The notes: a model not told the origin generated them from the sequence alone. A stretch of DNA of 44,890 nt from a bacterium (GCA_040752695.1 JBFMGO010000038.1:1-44890); one strand, 5' to 3'. Counted from the stretch's first letter, positions 1 to 10,232 are shown. Numbers and translations are program-made.

Positions 1-318
1 ATAGATGGATATATGAACGGATATCAAAAAGGAAAAATCGCTTCACGTTACTATGATTTCCAAATGGTACCTGACTCGCCGCATCTTTCTCCGGCCAGGG
101 TTCTCCGAGCTCTTTAATCTGTTTATCGTCACAATGAATTGGGAAAAACGGGAGAGACAGCACTTCACAACAAAACATACAAAGAGATGGATATGGCGCT
201 GGTCACATTAGTTTTGAAGAATGGAGCAGATGACAGGGGGCTGGTTCTGGGAAACGGGGAGTTTTATGATGGCCGGTCCATGAATGGCACTTTTAAAAAA
301 AGGATTGATGGGCCTTGC

Positions 319-379
319 AAAAAAAGGGGGGATTTTCGGGAGCAGCCAAAAAAGCAGGCCGCCTCCCGAAAATCCCCCC
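319..379 (-). terminator. Rho-independent terminator of the surface-protein genes
   Basis: Perfect 17-bp inverted repeat GGGGGGATTTTCGGGAG (326-342) / CTCCCGAAAATCCCCCC (363-379), followed on the minus strand by a T7 run (319-325). It starts 8 nt after the stop at 387. Confidence 0.85.
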
Positions 380-386
380 AAAACCT

Positions 387-3170
387 CTAAAGTGAGGGAG
401 GGAGCGTAAGGTCACCTTCTTGATTCATTTTTATCCAATAGCCAAATCCGGGAGCAAAATACCGCAAAGTACAGGCATAGCTTTGGGCCTGTATATCGTA
501 GAACTTGGCCCCCTTGCAGTCAAAGCCGGTGACGCGTTGAAATTTCCCGGCAATTGAGGAAAGGGCTGCCAGAATAGCCGGTCCGGATGTGGAAACGAGG
601 GCTACCGGTGGCGCTTCCTGGAGGAGACAGGGGGGCTCAGAGCCCTGATAATAACAGGAATCGTGGGAAATAGGTCCGATCAGGTTCCATCCTTCCTGTA
701 AATGCACGGAGGCCGAGGAGGGAAGCATTTGTCCATTCAGGACAAGGTATCCCGGCCTGTTCATTTTAATCCAGTATCCATACCCCGCTGCCAGGTAGGT
801 CAGGGTGTTGGCATAGGAAGCCGCGCTTTTATCCAGAAAGTGCGCTCCTTTCCGGTCAAAGGAAATGATTCTTTGCCAGTCACCGGCCTCCAGCGGGTCG
901 CCGCTGTCCCGAATCGGAGAGTTCGTCCTGTCCGAAAGCCATGCAACCATACCTGGCACATACTGGAACTCAACCCCTTCAGGGAGGAACACGTCAGACG
1001 GCTGCTGTTGCTGGCTATGAAAGCACACATTGACCTGAAAGCTTATCAGGTTCCACCCCTGCTCCAGGTGAATCCTTTGCTGTGATGACTGCTCCCCGCT
1101 CTTCAGGTGAAGAATGGTCCCAAGGCCACCAGACAGGAAAAGATTATTGGGAGAGGTCCCTCCTATTCCGAACAGGGGGCCGTAAACGGGAACAAATCCC
1201 GTGTCCGTCCAGGAATGACCGTCGTAATGGACAATGCCGCATTGGAAATAAATCAGGGGTTCGCCGCCATCTTCCGGCTGCCTGGTCGTGGCTATATCAT
1301 AGGTAGCAAATATATTGTCCGGCGATGTTCCGAAGATGTCATAGTAACAGTTGACTACGGGGCAATCCATGGCAGACCAGTTCACCCCGTCATAGTGGTA
1401 GATCCTGTCATATCCGAGAGCAAAGACATCGCTGGCAGATGTGCCAAAGACCTTGAACAGAGGTTCCTGAATAGTGTGGTTCATGAAAGTCCATGATTGG
1501 CCGTTGTAGCGCAAGATAGTGGCCTTCCCGTTGCTTTCCATCAAATCTCCCACAGCAAACACGTTGAGTGGATCGCTTGCCCAGACACTATTCAAAATAC
1601 CTGCCGTGGAGGGTATTTGCATCTTTGACCATTGTATTCCATTAAAATGATAGATGCCTTCTCCGACTGCAAAAACATCGTTGGAGGTGGTCCCGAAGAC
1701 TCCACCGAGGAAATCGGCAAAATTTTCAGTACCTGGCATGACGTTCCAGTCCGTGCCATCGGTGCTGTTCAGTATCCTGGTCTCGACAACCTGCTGGCCG
1801 TTAAGATTTGTATAACTATCGCCCCCGACGGCAAACAGCTCCTGGCTTGGGCTTCCCCAGATGTCGTAGAGAATGCCATATTCGGATACATCAACCGGCG
1901 TCCAGTACTGACCGTCATAGCGGGCAATGGCGACCCTGGCCAGGTCTTCGGTGATATACTCGCCTTCGTACTCGCTTTCGTACCCGCCCACGGCAAAGGC
2001 ACTCTGACTGGAATTGGCCCAAACCTGAAAGTAGGTTCCTTCATAGCACTCGGTGGAGTTGGCTTTCCAGGATACTCCATCGTAAGACAGAATAATTCCT
2101 TTCTGAGGATACGCATAGAGATAGTTTTCACCAACTGCCAGGGCCTTGTTCCCCTGGCCGACCCAGGCTGATTTGAGATCCCCCGGAATGTAAATTCCTT
2201 CGACTTTCTTCCATGTCTGCCCGTCATAACGTATGATGAGGGCCTCCTCCGTTTCCAGATCGAGGAGGTCCACCCGCCCTACAGCGATGAGGTCATTTGC
2301 TGATCTGCCAACGACCTTGTTCAGGAAAAACTCCTGATTCTGGAGATCAGAAGGTGTTACATCCTGCCAGGTGCTGCCCTGGTACCGGTAGATGTGATCG
2401 CCTACAGCCCAGATATTCGCTGCCGATGTACCCCAGATATCGTAGAGCCAGACTGAAGGTATCGTTTTCATGATGGTCCACTGGCCATTCTGGCAGCGCA
2501 GGACTAAGGTGGCGATCTGCTGTGAATCGTAGCACAGGCAAAATACATTATTCGGACCGTCTCCCCAGATGCTTTGGAAATCGACCTCGTAGGCTGCAAG
2601 TATCGATCCCAGGTTTACCTCAGTCCAGGAATTTCCATCCCAATGGATAAAAAGACCATCTGTCCCTGTGGCAAAAACGTCATTCGGTCCGCTTCCCCAG
2701 ACGTCGAGGAGACAGCCGGGGAAATCCGAATCCATGATCGACCACTCGGCCCCGTTATAGTGCAGGATCATGGCCATTCCACTGATTTGTCCCGGTGTGC
2801 CGCCTACCGCAAAAATATTACTCTGGGAACTGCCCCAGATAGCTGTCAATGTTCCCCATGGTTCTTCCAGGAAGTACGTATCCATGGTTCTCCATGTCTG
2901 ACCGTCAAAATGCCCGATGGTTGCTCCGTTCATACCAGAGCCGACTGTAAAAATATTGTAATCGGAAAGGCCCCAGATATCATTCAGCCAGGTTGCACTC
3001 ATGTCAGGATACTGGATCTCCCACTGCTTTGAGTCCCACCCTGCAGCATCGACCTTGACGGCCTTTAAGGGGCCGAAGATGAAGATAATCATCAGCACCC
3101 CCACGGTCATATTCAGGATGTTCATGTGCAGGATTGAAGAAATCGATTTACCAGGTCCTATGTGATTCAT
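387..3170 (-). CDS. Secreted beta-propeller repeat protein with duplicated C-terminal GWNLI...G(Y/F)GYWIKM domain
   Basis: 14 repeats of the type (D/S)(I/V)WGxSxxx(V/I)FAVG...YDGxxW. Hydrophobic N-terminal signal segment. Start chosen at ATG 3170, preceded by GAGGAGAAGG; the ORF track extends to 3260. Confidence 0.8.
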   Translation of the reverse strand: MNHIGPGKSISSILHMNILNMTVGVLMIIFIFGPLKAVKVDAAGWDSKQWEIQYPDMSATWLNDIWGLSDYNIFTVGSGMNGATIGHFDGQTWRTMDTYFLEEPWGTLTAIWGSSQSNIFAVGGTPGQISGMAMILHYNGAEWSIMDSDFPGCLLDVWGSGPNDVFATGTDGLFIHWDGNSWTEVNLGSILAAYEVDFQSIWGDGPNNVFCLCYDSQQIATLVLRCQNGQWTIMKTIPSVWLYDIWGTSAANIWAVGDHIYRYQGSTWQDVTPSDLQNQEFFLNKVVGRSANDLIAVGRVDLLDLETEEALIIRYDGQTWKKVEGIYIPGDLKSAWVGQGNKALAVGENYLYAYPQKGIILSYDGVSWKANSTECYEGTYFQVWANSSQSAFAVGGYESEYEGEYITEDLARVAIARYDGQYWTPVDVSEYGILYDIWGSPSQELFAVGGDSYTNLNGQQVVETRILNSTDGTDWNVMPGTENFADFLGGVFGTTSNDVFAVGEGIYHFNGIQWSKMQIPSTAGILNSVWASDPLNVFAVGDLMESNGKATILRYNGQSWTFMNHTIQEPLFKVFGTSASDVFALGYDRIYHYDGVNWSAMDCPVVNCYYDIFGTSPDNIFATYDIATTRQPEDGGEPLIYFQCGIVHYDGHSWTDTGFVPVYGPLFGIGGTSPNNLFLSGGLGTILHLKSGEQSSQQRIHLEQGWNLISFQVNVCFHSQQQQPSDVFLPEGVEFQYVPGMVAWLSDRTNSPIRDSGDPLEAGDWQRIISFDRKGAHFLDKSAASYANTLTYLAAGYGYWIKMNRPGYLVLNGQMLPSSASVHLQEGWNLIGPISHDSCYYQGSEPPCLLQEAPPVALVSTSGPAILAALSSIAGKFQRVTGFDCKGAKFYDIQAQSYACTLRYFAPGFGYWIKMNQEGDLTLPPSL

Positions 3171-3366
3171 CCTTCTCCTCTTTTTCGATTGAAAATCCAT
3201 TAACCATGGAAAGAACATAAAGATCACCGAAGACCACGAGAGAGACCGCAGAGAGCACAAAAAGTGAGCGCAAAAGGGATGCAGTAGCAGGTGGTACGTA
3301 TTTTCCTTTTGTGCCTTCTCAGTGTCTCTGCGGTTTCAATGAAAGAGTTACAGGCAAAAACTGCGA

Positions 3367-6300
3367 TTATTTCCCCGTCAGCCAATTCCAGAGTGCCGAC
3401 CATGTGGAAGACAAAGACGAAACAAAGCACATTCCATCACTTTTGTTGCTCTTTTTGTCAGTAGTGACGAAGATCTCATCTGATGGATCCGAATCTCCCC
3501 TGTTGTTATGGGCCTTGACCATATAGAAATATTTGTACCCCGATTTGAGTCCGTTGTCTGTATAGTCTGTTCCCACGATGGTGCCGATTTTCTGAAAACC
3601 GGATTCTCCATCCCTGCGGTAGATATCGTATCCGCTTACACACGAGGGATCGGCCGCCCAGGTCAGAACTACCTGATTTTTCGATATCGATTTGATGGCG
3701 ACGTCCCTTGGGGGGGAAGGCACGGTGGCGCATTCGACTACCTGCATGCTCGCATGACCGGAAAAGGTGGTAGCACCCAGTTCAGTGAGAGCTCTGACTT
3801 TGTAGGCGTACGTACTGTCAAGCTGGCAGGTGGAATCGATATAGGAAGTCACATTGGCAGCGACCGTGGTCAGAGGAGCGGTGCCATATTTGATAACCCT
3901 CTTGGGGTCGGCTTCATCGACACATCGCCAGATTTCAAAAGACAGTTCCTGTTCGGAATTATCATCCCACTTGAGAGTCAATTCCGTGATCGTGTCGGGG
4001 TCATCCTGAGTGAGAACCAGGGTCGATGGCGCTGACCTGGCACAGAAGAGAGCGAAGCGGGTGGGATGAGTAGTTGTGAAGATAAGATCGTTGCCGGTGA
4101 GGTGAACGTTTTTCATCCCGCTCTTCCATGTGCCGTCTGAATCCTGGTATTTGATAACCAGATCTCCCATACTTCCCTGAAAAGTGGCCGGGTCAAAGTG
4201 CAGGTGTACAATCAACGGATTTTTCTCTGTAAGCAGCAGGTCGGAAATTCCGGCTCCGCTCTGGTCCATCAATTCAACTCTGTAGAGAGCGAATAAGGAG
4301 GGGAGGGATGGGTCAAAGAGACGATCCAAAGAGGCTATCAGTGAGGATTCCGTCTGACCTCCGGATATGGAGCAGACAGGAAGTTCGACGGAGCTGTTAT
4401 CGTAAACGTCCATCTGTCCATCTCCATCCAGATCAATCTGGCCAAGCCCCTCGATCCTCCCTCCTTTCGATGGAACAATCTGCCGGCTGACTCTTTTCAG
4501 GCACTTTTCCTGTCCTGGGATGGCCTTCGGGCAGATGGAGAAGGCGTAGGGCAACTCGATTGTTTGACTGCCCTTGGTGAGGGTAAGGGAGGCTAAAACC
4601 GTTCCAATGGTCGCTGATGGCGGGATATCCTCTTCGTCGTAGCCTGAGTAGGTTATCCTGTAACAGAGGTGGCTGCCGTCGCCGTTAACCAGTGACGGAG
4701 CGTTGAAACTGCCTCCCGAAGGATCGGCTGCATCCATGGATATATCCGAGAAATTCTGGTCTGTGTAAATGAAAATCTCGGTCCGCTTTTTGGTCTGATC
4801 AGACGGGTCTTGAGTCTCTAAAGAGGAGATGGTCACGTTCGGCTGCCAGGGCTTTGATTCCAGAGCTATGTTTGCGAGCCGACTGGTGTGGCTTTGGTTG
4901 ATCTGGTAGCCTGAACCCTGGTTATCGTCAACTTTCGACCAATAGTCGTCGGCAGAGACTACCAGCCTGTAGGTGTCCTCATGACCAAGATAAATGATGT
5001 ACTTTCCGTCGGAGTCCGTGACCGCCTGATGTGCGTAGTCAGGGCCGGGTTGGGATGATTCTTCATTCGTACTCAGGGCTGTAACTTTTGCTCCAGGAAT
5101 CGGGCTGCCATGCTCCCAGGAGCTGATAACTCCCGAAATGGAGCCTGCGGCCGGAGTCAGCGTAATATTCTGGGTGGTATCATTTCCCAATTTGATCCGA
5201 ATCTGTTGTACCAGTTCAGTCTCAAACCCCTTGGCAGAGACAATGAGAGCATAGGAACCGGGACGCAGACCGGAGAGGGAGTAATCGCCGGCAGGACTGG
5301 ACGTGCACACGCGATCTTCGCCTAGAACCCGGATTTGTGCTCCTGAAATCTGCGTTCCTGAATGTGAACTCAGGACTTTTCCCTGGATGGAATTCAGGGT
5401 GTAGACATCCACCCACACGCTCTTTTCATCCTCGCACTGCCCGTTACTTGCAATCAGGAAAACCTGGTATGAGCCTGGACGCTGATAGATATGCGAGGGG
5501 GTTTGGCTGTTGCTGAACTCGCCATCCCCGAAGTCCCAGCTCAATTCGGTAGCGCCAATGGACGTATTTTGAAACGTCACTCCCAGAGGGGCCTTGCCGG
5601 TCAATGGACCTGCCGTAAAATCCGCCTGCAAAGGCTCCTTCACTTCTATGATAAGCGGGTCTGACAAGCCGCACCCACTCGTAAGGGTTACCGTGTAGTT
5701 CCCTTGTTGGTTGTAGGTGTGAGATGGATTCTCTTCCGTACTCTGGGTCCCGTCACCGAAATCCCATAGCCATACGGAACTGTCATAGGGAGCGTTGTGA
5801 CCCTCGAAATGAACGGTCAAAGGTGCGCAGCCGCTGTCCGCATCAGAGGTGATGACCGCCGTGTCCTGAACTTCCACCATTCTGGTGTAATCATACGATT
5901 TATCTTGGCCCGAAGCCCTGAGCGTAACGGTATACGTTCCTGGTGAGCTGAAGGTATGATTGGTGGTTTGTTCCGGGCTTCCCGTACCGTCACCAAAATC
6001 CCACAACCAGGTGTTGACTCCTGTGGGAGGAGCATGGACAAATCTGGCTGGCATATTGACACAGACCGTCGTATTTTCCACATCGATAGCGCCGGTATCT
6101 TCGGAACTGATGACTATGTTGCGGGAGAAGGTTCTGGTTCCGCACATATTGGTAACGGTCAGGGTTACCGTATATGAACCCGGTGCCGTATACTGATAGG
6201 TGGGATTCTGCAAAGTGCTGGTTCCCTGGTTGGGATCTCCGAAGTCCCAATGCCAGGAAGTCGGTCCTCCTGATGATCGATCGATAAATTCAATAACCTG

Positions 6301-8049
6301 GTTAACGGAGCCGGGATTGTTCGAAAAGGCAAAGTCCGCGGCCATGCCTCCCCGGACCAGCACCGTTTTTGTCTTTGTGGCCTGACCGCATTCAGTTTGA
6401 GCTGTCAGGGTGACATTGTAGGTTCCGGGCCTGCTATAGGTATGCGATGGTGTCTTTCCCGTGTTGGTTCCATGGGGGTTATCACCGAAATTCCATTGGA
6501 AATTACTGGCGTCCTCCGCCGAGTCAGCGCTGAACTGTACGGTGAGATTGGAGCAATCGTCGAGCTGGCTGGTGTCGAAGTCGATTTCAGGAGATTTTAC
6601 CTCAATGAAGCTTATTTTCTGCTCCATACTGAATCCACATCCATTCGTGGCAATCAGGCGCACCATATACAGACCGGGCTTTTCGTAGGTGTGCTCCGGA
6701 TTCTTCTGGTTGCTGATCCAGCCATCGCCGAAATTCCATCTCCATATCTTGGGATTGCCCGAAGACTGGTCGTAGAATTTTACGGTCTCGCTGGGGCAAA
6801 TGACAGTTTTGTCCGACCGAAAATCAGCCAGAGGTTTGGTATAAACGACTATCCAATCCTTATGGGTCAGAATGTTCTCTCCCAGTGAGTTTTTCGCTTT
6901 CAGGGAGACGGTGTAAAGACCGGAGTGGGTATAGGTATGCACGGGATTTTTTACCGCGCTGGTAGTACCGTCGCCGAAGGACCATTCCCAGGCTGTAGGA
7001 TTGCCCGTGGATTGGTCAGAGAAGGTTACTTCCAGAGGAGAACATCCCTCCATGATATTGGCACTGAAAAGAGCCACAATGTTCGAGGGAGGGGCTGAAA
7101 CATCGATATCGCCTGATGTTTTGGTATTTGCACCGCAGGCATTGGATACTGTCAGGGTTACATTGTACTTCCCCGCCTGAGCGAATTCGTGAGAAGGATT
7201 CCGGTTGGTGCTGCTCGCACCGTCACCAAAATTCCATAACCAACTGGTAGGGTTATTCGTTGATTGATCGGTAAAAGTTACCGTGAGCGGCTTCTGTCCA
7301 CTGGTGGCGCTGACGGAAAAAGCAGCGGTCGGGGGTACGGACGTCACCTGGATATTCCGGGAACAGGTATGCGTCTTGGCCAGAGCATTGGTTACCGTCA
7401 GACTTACCGTGAAGGTGCCTCCCTGGCTGAAGGCATGGACCGGGTTCTGCACCGTGCTGCCTGCTGTTCCATCCCCGAAATTCCAACTCCAGGATATGGG
7501 ATCGCCGGTTGATGTATCGGTGAACTGAACATTCGAGGATGCACAGACACTGGCCGGAGTATAGGTAAAATAAGCTACCGGATCACTCCCGCTCTCTATG
7601 GCCTTGAGATTGAGTGTAACCATCGGATAAGTACCGGAGGGATAGAGCACCGACCCTCCAGCAACAGGCTCAAGGAGATAAAGCTTGCCTTCACTGGCCC
7701 GCCAAAGCTTGAAAGTCAGGGTATCGCCGGGCTCGGCACCATTTTTCCCCGACGGATCGTCATCCCCATAGGCATTTACAACATAATGTCCAACCATATC
7801 TGTACTTTCAATAACCGCAGAACCGATGCATCCATCATGTATCGGAACACTGGCATCGTATACAGCAATGATATCACCGATTGCCGAGCCCTGAGTACCG
7901 ATCGTCAGGTCCCCCGAGAACTGGGCAACGGAGGTGGTGGATTCAAAATCGAAATTGGGCGCCGAAGCTGCCCACGTTCGGGAGGCTAGAAGGAAAATGA
8001 GACTGACTATGAAAAACACTCCCCACATCTTTTTCTTACAAATGGCCAT
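3367..8049 (-). CDS. Large secreted PKD-repeat surface protein with carboxypeptidase-regulatory-like and FN3 domains
   Basis: Signal peptide ending TWA-AS; nine WxFGD PKD motifs; two GxV/I...GA.I/V beta-sandwich domains; a DLDGDGQMD Ca-binding-like loop; two FN3 repeats (LxW...Y.Y.V.A); C-terminal CFV tail. RBS AAAGGAG upstream. Confidence 0.88.
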   Translation of the reverse strand: MAICKKKMWGVFFIVSLIFLLASRTWAASAPNFDFESTTSVAQFSGDLTIGTQGSAIGDIIAVYDASVPIHDGCIGSAVIESTDMVGHYVVNAYGDDDPSGKNGAEPGDTLTFKLWRASEGKLYLLEPVAGGSVLYPSGTYPMVTLNLKAIESGSDPVAYFTYTPASVCASSNVQFTDTSTGDPISWSWNFGDGTAGSTVQNPVHAFSQGGTFTVSLTVTNALAKTHTCSRNIQVTSVPPTAAFSVSATSGQKPLTVTFTDQSTNNPTSWLWNFGDGASSTNRNPSHEFAQAGKYNVTLTVSNACGANTKTSGDIDVSAPPSNIVALFSANIMEGCSPLEVTFSDQSTGNPTAWEWSFGDGTTSAVKNPVHTYTHSGLYTVSLKAKNSLGENILTHKDWIVVYTKPLADFRSDKTVICPSETVKFYDQSSGNPKIWRWNFGDGWISNQKNPEHTYEKPGLYMVRLIATNGCGFSMEQKISFIEVKSPEIDFDTSQLDDCSNLTVQFSADSAEDASNFQWNFGDNPHGTNTGKTPSHTYSRPGTYNVTLTAQTECGQATKTKTVLVRGGMAADFAFSNNPGSVNQVIEFIDRSSGGPTSWHWDFGDPNQGTSTLQNPTYQYTAPGSYTVTLTVTNMCGTRTFSRNIVISSEDTGAIDVENTTVCVNMPARFVHAPPTGVNTWLWDFGDGTGSPEQTTNHTFSSPGTYTVTLRASGQDKSYDYTRMVEVQDTAVITSDADSGCAPLTVHFEGHNAPYDSSVWLWDFGDGTQSTEENPSHTYNQQGNYTVTLTSGCGLSDPLIIEVKEPLQADFTAGPLTGKAPLGVTFQNTSIGATELSWDFGDGEFSNSQTPSHIYQRPGSYQVFLIASNGQCEDEKSVWVDVYTLNSIQGKVLSSHSGTQISGAQIRVLGEDRVCTSSPAGDYSLSGLRPGSYALIVSAKGFETELVQQIRIKLGNDTTQNITLTPAAGSISGVISSWEHGSPIPGAKVTALSTNEESSQPGPDYAHQAVTDSDGKYIIYLGHEDTYRLVVSADDYWSKVDDNQGSGYQINQSHTSRLANIALESKPWQPNVTISSLETQDPSDQTKKRTEIFIYTDQNFSDISMDAADPSGGSFNAPSLVNGDGSHLCYRITYSGYDEEDIPPSATIGTVLASLTLTKGSQTIELPYAFSICPKAIPGQEKCLKRVSRQIVPSKGGRIEGLGQIDLDGDGQMDVYDNSSVELPVCSISGGQTESSLIASLDRLFDPSLPSLFALYRVELMDQSGAGISDLLLTEKNPLIVHLHFDPATFQGSMGDLVIKYQDSDGTWKSGMKNVHLTGNDLIFTTTHPTRFALFCARSAPSTLVLTQDDPDTITELTLKWDDNSEQELSFEIWRCVDEADPKRVIKYGTAPLTTVAANVTSYIDSTCQLDSTYAYKVRALTELGATTFSGHASMQVVECATVPSPPRDVAIKSISKNQVVLTWAADPSCVSGYDIYRRDGESGFQKIGTIVGTDYTDNGLKSGYKYFYMVKAHNNRGDSDPSDEIFVTTDKKSNKSDGMCFVSSLSSTWSALWNWLTGK

Positions 8050-8589
8050 CTGTTTTATCTCCTTTCTGGTCTATCCTCTGACGATAAACAATGGTTTTCA
8101 GCCACAGTCGTCATGCAGTGACTGGCCGGACGAAATCCCTTTTTCTTCCGTCAACCATCTTATGCCTTTTTGAAAAAACACCTAGAGAATGTGATTTAAA
8201 ATAGCTCCCTGACCCTCCCCCCCTTCTTCATAACGAATAGACACTGTGATTGTTTTCATGAGTAGGTAGAGCGCCTGCCTAGATCAAATAGTGAGAAAAA
8301 TAGTTCACGGTAGAATTTATTTTGGGTGTTACCACTTAAGGATGCACAATCAAAAGGTATATCTATCGAAAAGTTGATATTAAAAAAAGTGTAATAATCT
8401 ATTCGGTCAGAATAAAAAAATTACCTACAAAAAAGGGTATGGTTTTAAAAAAATTTGTAGCGTGTGGGGTATGTATCGTTCTGAGGGGGAGAGGGCCCAA
8501 AGAGTCTTGTCCTATCCTCCCTGCTGAAAAAGATCTGTTGAGGGCCGTACTTAAAGGGATGCTTTAAGGACTAAAGAGCCTGCCCATTA

Positions 8590-8624
8590 GTTCGCTGAAA
8601 GTGCGTTCCGCTTTTTCAGCGAAC
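8590..8624 (-). terminator. Hairpin directly downstream of the Smr gene (possible terminator)
   Basis: GTTCGCTGAAA / TTTCAGCGAAC inverted repeat 7 nt past the stop at 8631. No clear U-tract. Confidence 0.45.
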
Positions 8625-8630
8625 AGGCGA

Positions 8631-9179
8631 CTAAAGCCGATGGTGGTGCAGGTAGAGGATGAACACTCCTTCCCCTCCCTGGTGTGGAAAGCCCGGCCGA
8701 TAAGATTCCACCAGCTTGCGGCCGTTCCCCGAATCAAGCCAGCGGATGATTTCCTGCTTCAGGACCGACTTGCGGCTCCGGGAATGAATCCCTCTGCCAG
8801 TAATGACCGTAAGAGTCGAGAGGCCCTGCCGGGCTGATAAACGGCAGAAGTTCTCAAGGCGGGCAATGGCCTCTGTGCGGCTAAAGCCGTGGAGATCCAG
8901 GGTGGTAGTTTTGATGTGCTTTTGTGATTCCTGGGCTTTCTTTTTGTGTCTGATCATGGTGGCCGAAGGGGCGCAGGAGTCAAATTTCTCCGCAATCAAA
9001 TCGCCCTGAAAGTCCTTTAAGGACTCTATTGCCTCCAGAAAGAGCCGGGCATCCTCTTCGCAGGTTCCTTCGTACTGTTTTCGAGGCACATGAGACTTTC
9101 GAGGCAAAGAAGGATGCGCTATCTTTAACCCGGCCTCTTTTGATGTGGTTCTCCTTTTATTTTTTCTTTTCCTGCTCAT
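8631..9179 (-). CDS. Smr/MutS2 C-terminal domain protein
   Basis: Typical Smr motifs LDLHG, VITGRGIHS, VLK and GGEG, with a basic N-terminal extension. Confidence 0.9.
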   Translation of the reverse strand: MSRKRKNKRRTTSKEAGLKIAHPSLPRKSHVPRKQYEGTCEEDARLFLEAIESLKDFQGDLIAEKFDSCAPSATMIRHKKKAQESQKHIKTTTLDLHGFSRTEAIARLENFCRLSARQGLSTLTVITGRGIHSRSRKSVLKQEIIRWLDSGNGRKLVESYRPGFPHQGGEGVFILYLHHHRL

Positions 9180-10024
9180 AAGTCTGAAGATCGAAAGAGA
9201 AAATAGAATGATTGCAGATTCGCTTATACTAAATCCTATACTTGAACAGGCTCTATCGTCAATATTTTTTTGAAAAAGCTGGTCGAAAGTCAGGAGTCGG
9301 CTCTACGGATATCAGCGTCAGCATCAGCGCCGGCATCCATAATCCGGCATCCAGAAAGATTTTACTCGTATTTTACCAAGTAATAGTGTAGAATGCACGC
9401 CGTTATCATCGGGAGACCGGGAAGATGCAGGAACAATGCCTAAAGAGCCTGTTCTTTCCATGACTGTTTTTTTATCAGAGAGGAATGAAGAGGTCCGAAT
9501 CGGGGGGCCTGGCTTCTCATAGGTATATCATGTCTTATCTCTTTGGCGGATGAGGGGTTTGACCCTTTAAAATCGAAGGAATATTTGACAATTATTGATG
9601 ATTTGGCTATATTAAATAGAATAATTGTGAATCCTTTTTCATAAATGGCCGATATATTTGTTATTTGCTGTCTATATATGTGCGCATCATATGTGCGCAT
9701 CAAACAACGTGGACAGAAAGAATGCTTAATCCGGTATAGATGTTCAAAAAGTGGCCAGGATATGTATAAAACGAGCATCTCTGGAAGGAACGGTTGTTTA
9801 CGAATATATAGAAATAGCAAGAGAAGGAAACGGGCGGGATACCCAATTCGGAAATGAAGGAAAGAGCGAGATGGAGAAGTAGGTCATCTCGAATCTCCTG
9901 CATGAGAATCAGATATATTCAGGAAATAACAATGAAATCTCCATCAGTATCTTTTCCCCTTATTCTATAGATAGATACTTTTTTAGGCCTTGAAAACCGG
10001 TAAAAAGGTTTGCTAAAAAAAGCA

Positions 10025-10040
10025 AGGCATGAAAGTTGCT
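10025..10040 (+). promoter_or_regulatory. Putative sigma54 (-24/-12) promoter
   Basis: AGGCATG-AAAG-TTGCT matches TGGCACG-N4-TTGCW with exact GG-N10-GC spacing, about 190 nt upstream of ATG 10233. Confidence 0.55.
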
Positions 10041-10232
10041 TTTAATTTAAGGAGAGAGTGAAAGAGGATTGCGGGAAGGGTCTAAAAACGAGAATATGAA
10101 CAAAGCCAGCCTGTAAACGAGTATCCTGAAAGGATCTCTGGAAGACTGACAGGCAGGCGGTATGAAATAACTCGCCCATATTCAGCTCTAAAGAGCCTGG
10201 GCGAGGCAGCGAAAGAAAGGAGGTGAATAGCT

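Noticed and set aside
139..390. 83-aa plus-strand ORF
   Set aside because: TTG start, no recognisable motif, and it runs through the terminator hairpin.
8050..8590. Riboswitch (e.g. c-di-GMP) upstream of the PKD surface protein
   Set aside because: No GEMM-type or other recognisable consensus found by eye on the minus strand.
9544..9566. Minus-strand GGGTCAAACCCCTCATCCGCCA resembling a tRNA 3' end or att site
   Set aside because: No TTC T-loop, no upstream cloverleaf and no integrase nearby.
9440..9903. Three overlapping short ORFs in the Smr-lipoprotein gap
   Set aside because: No RBS or family motifs and they overlap each other; more likely AT-rich regulatory DNA.
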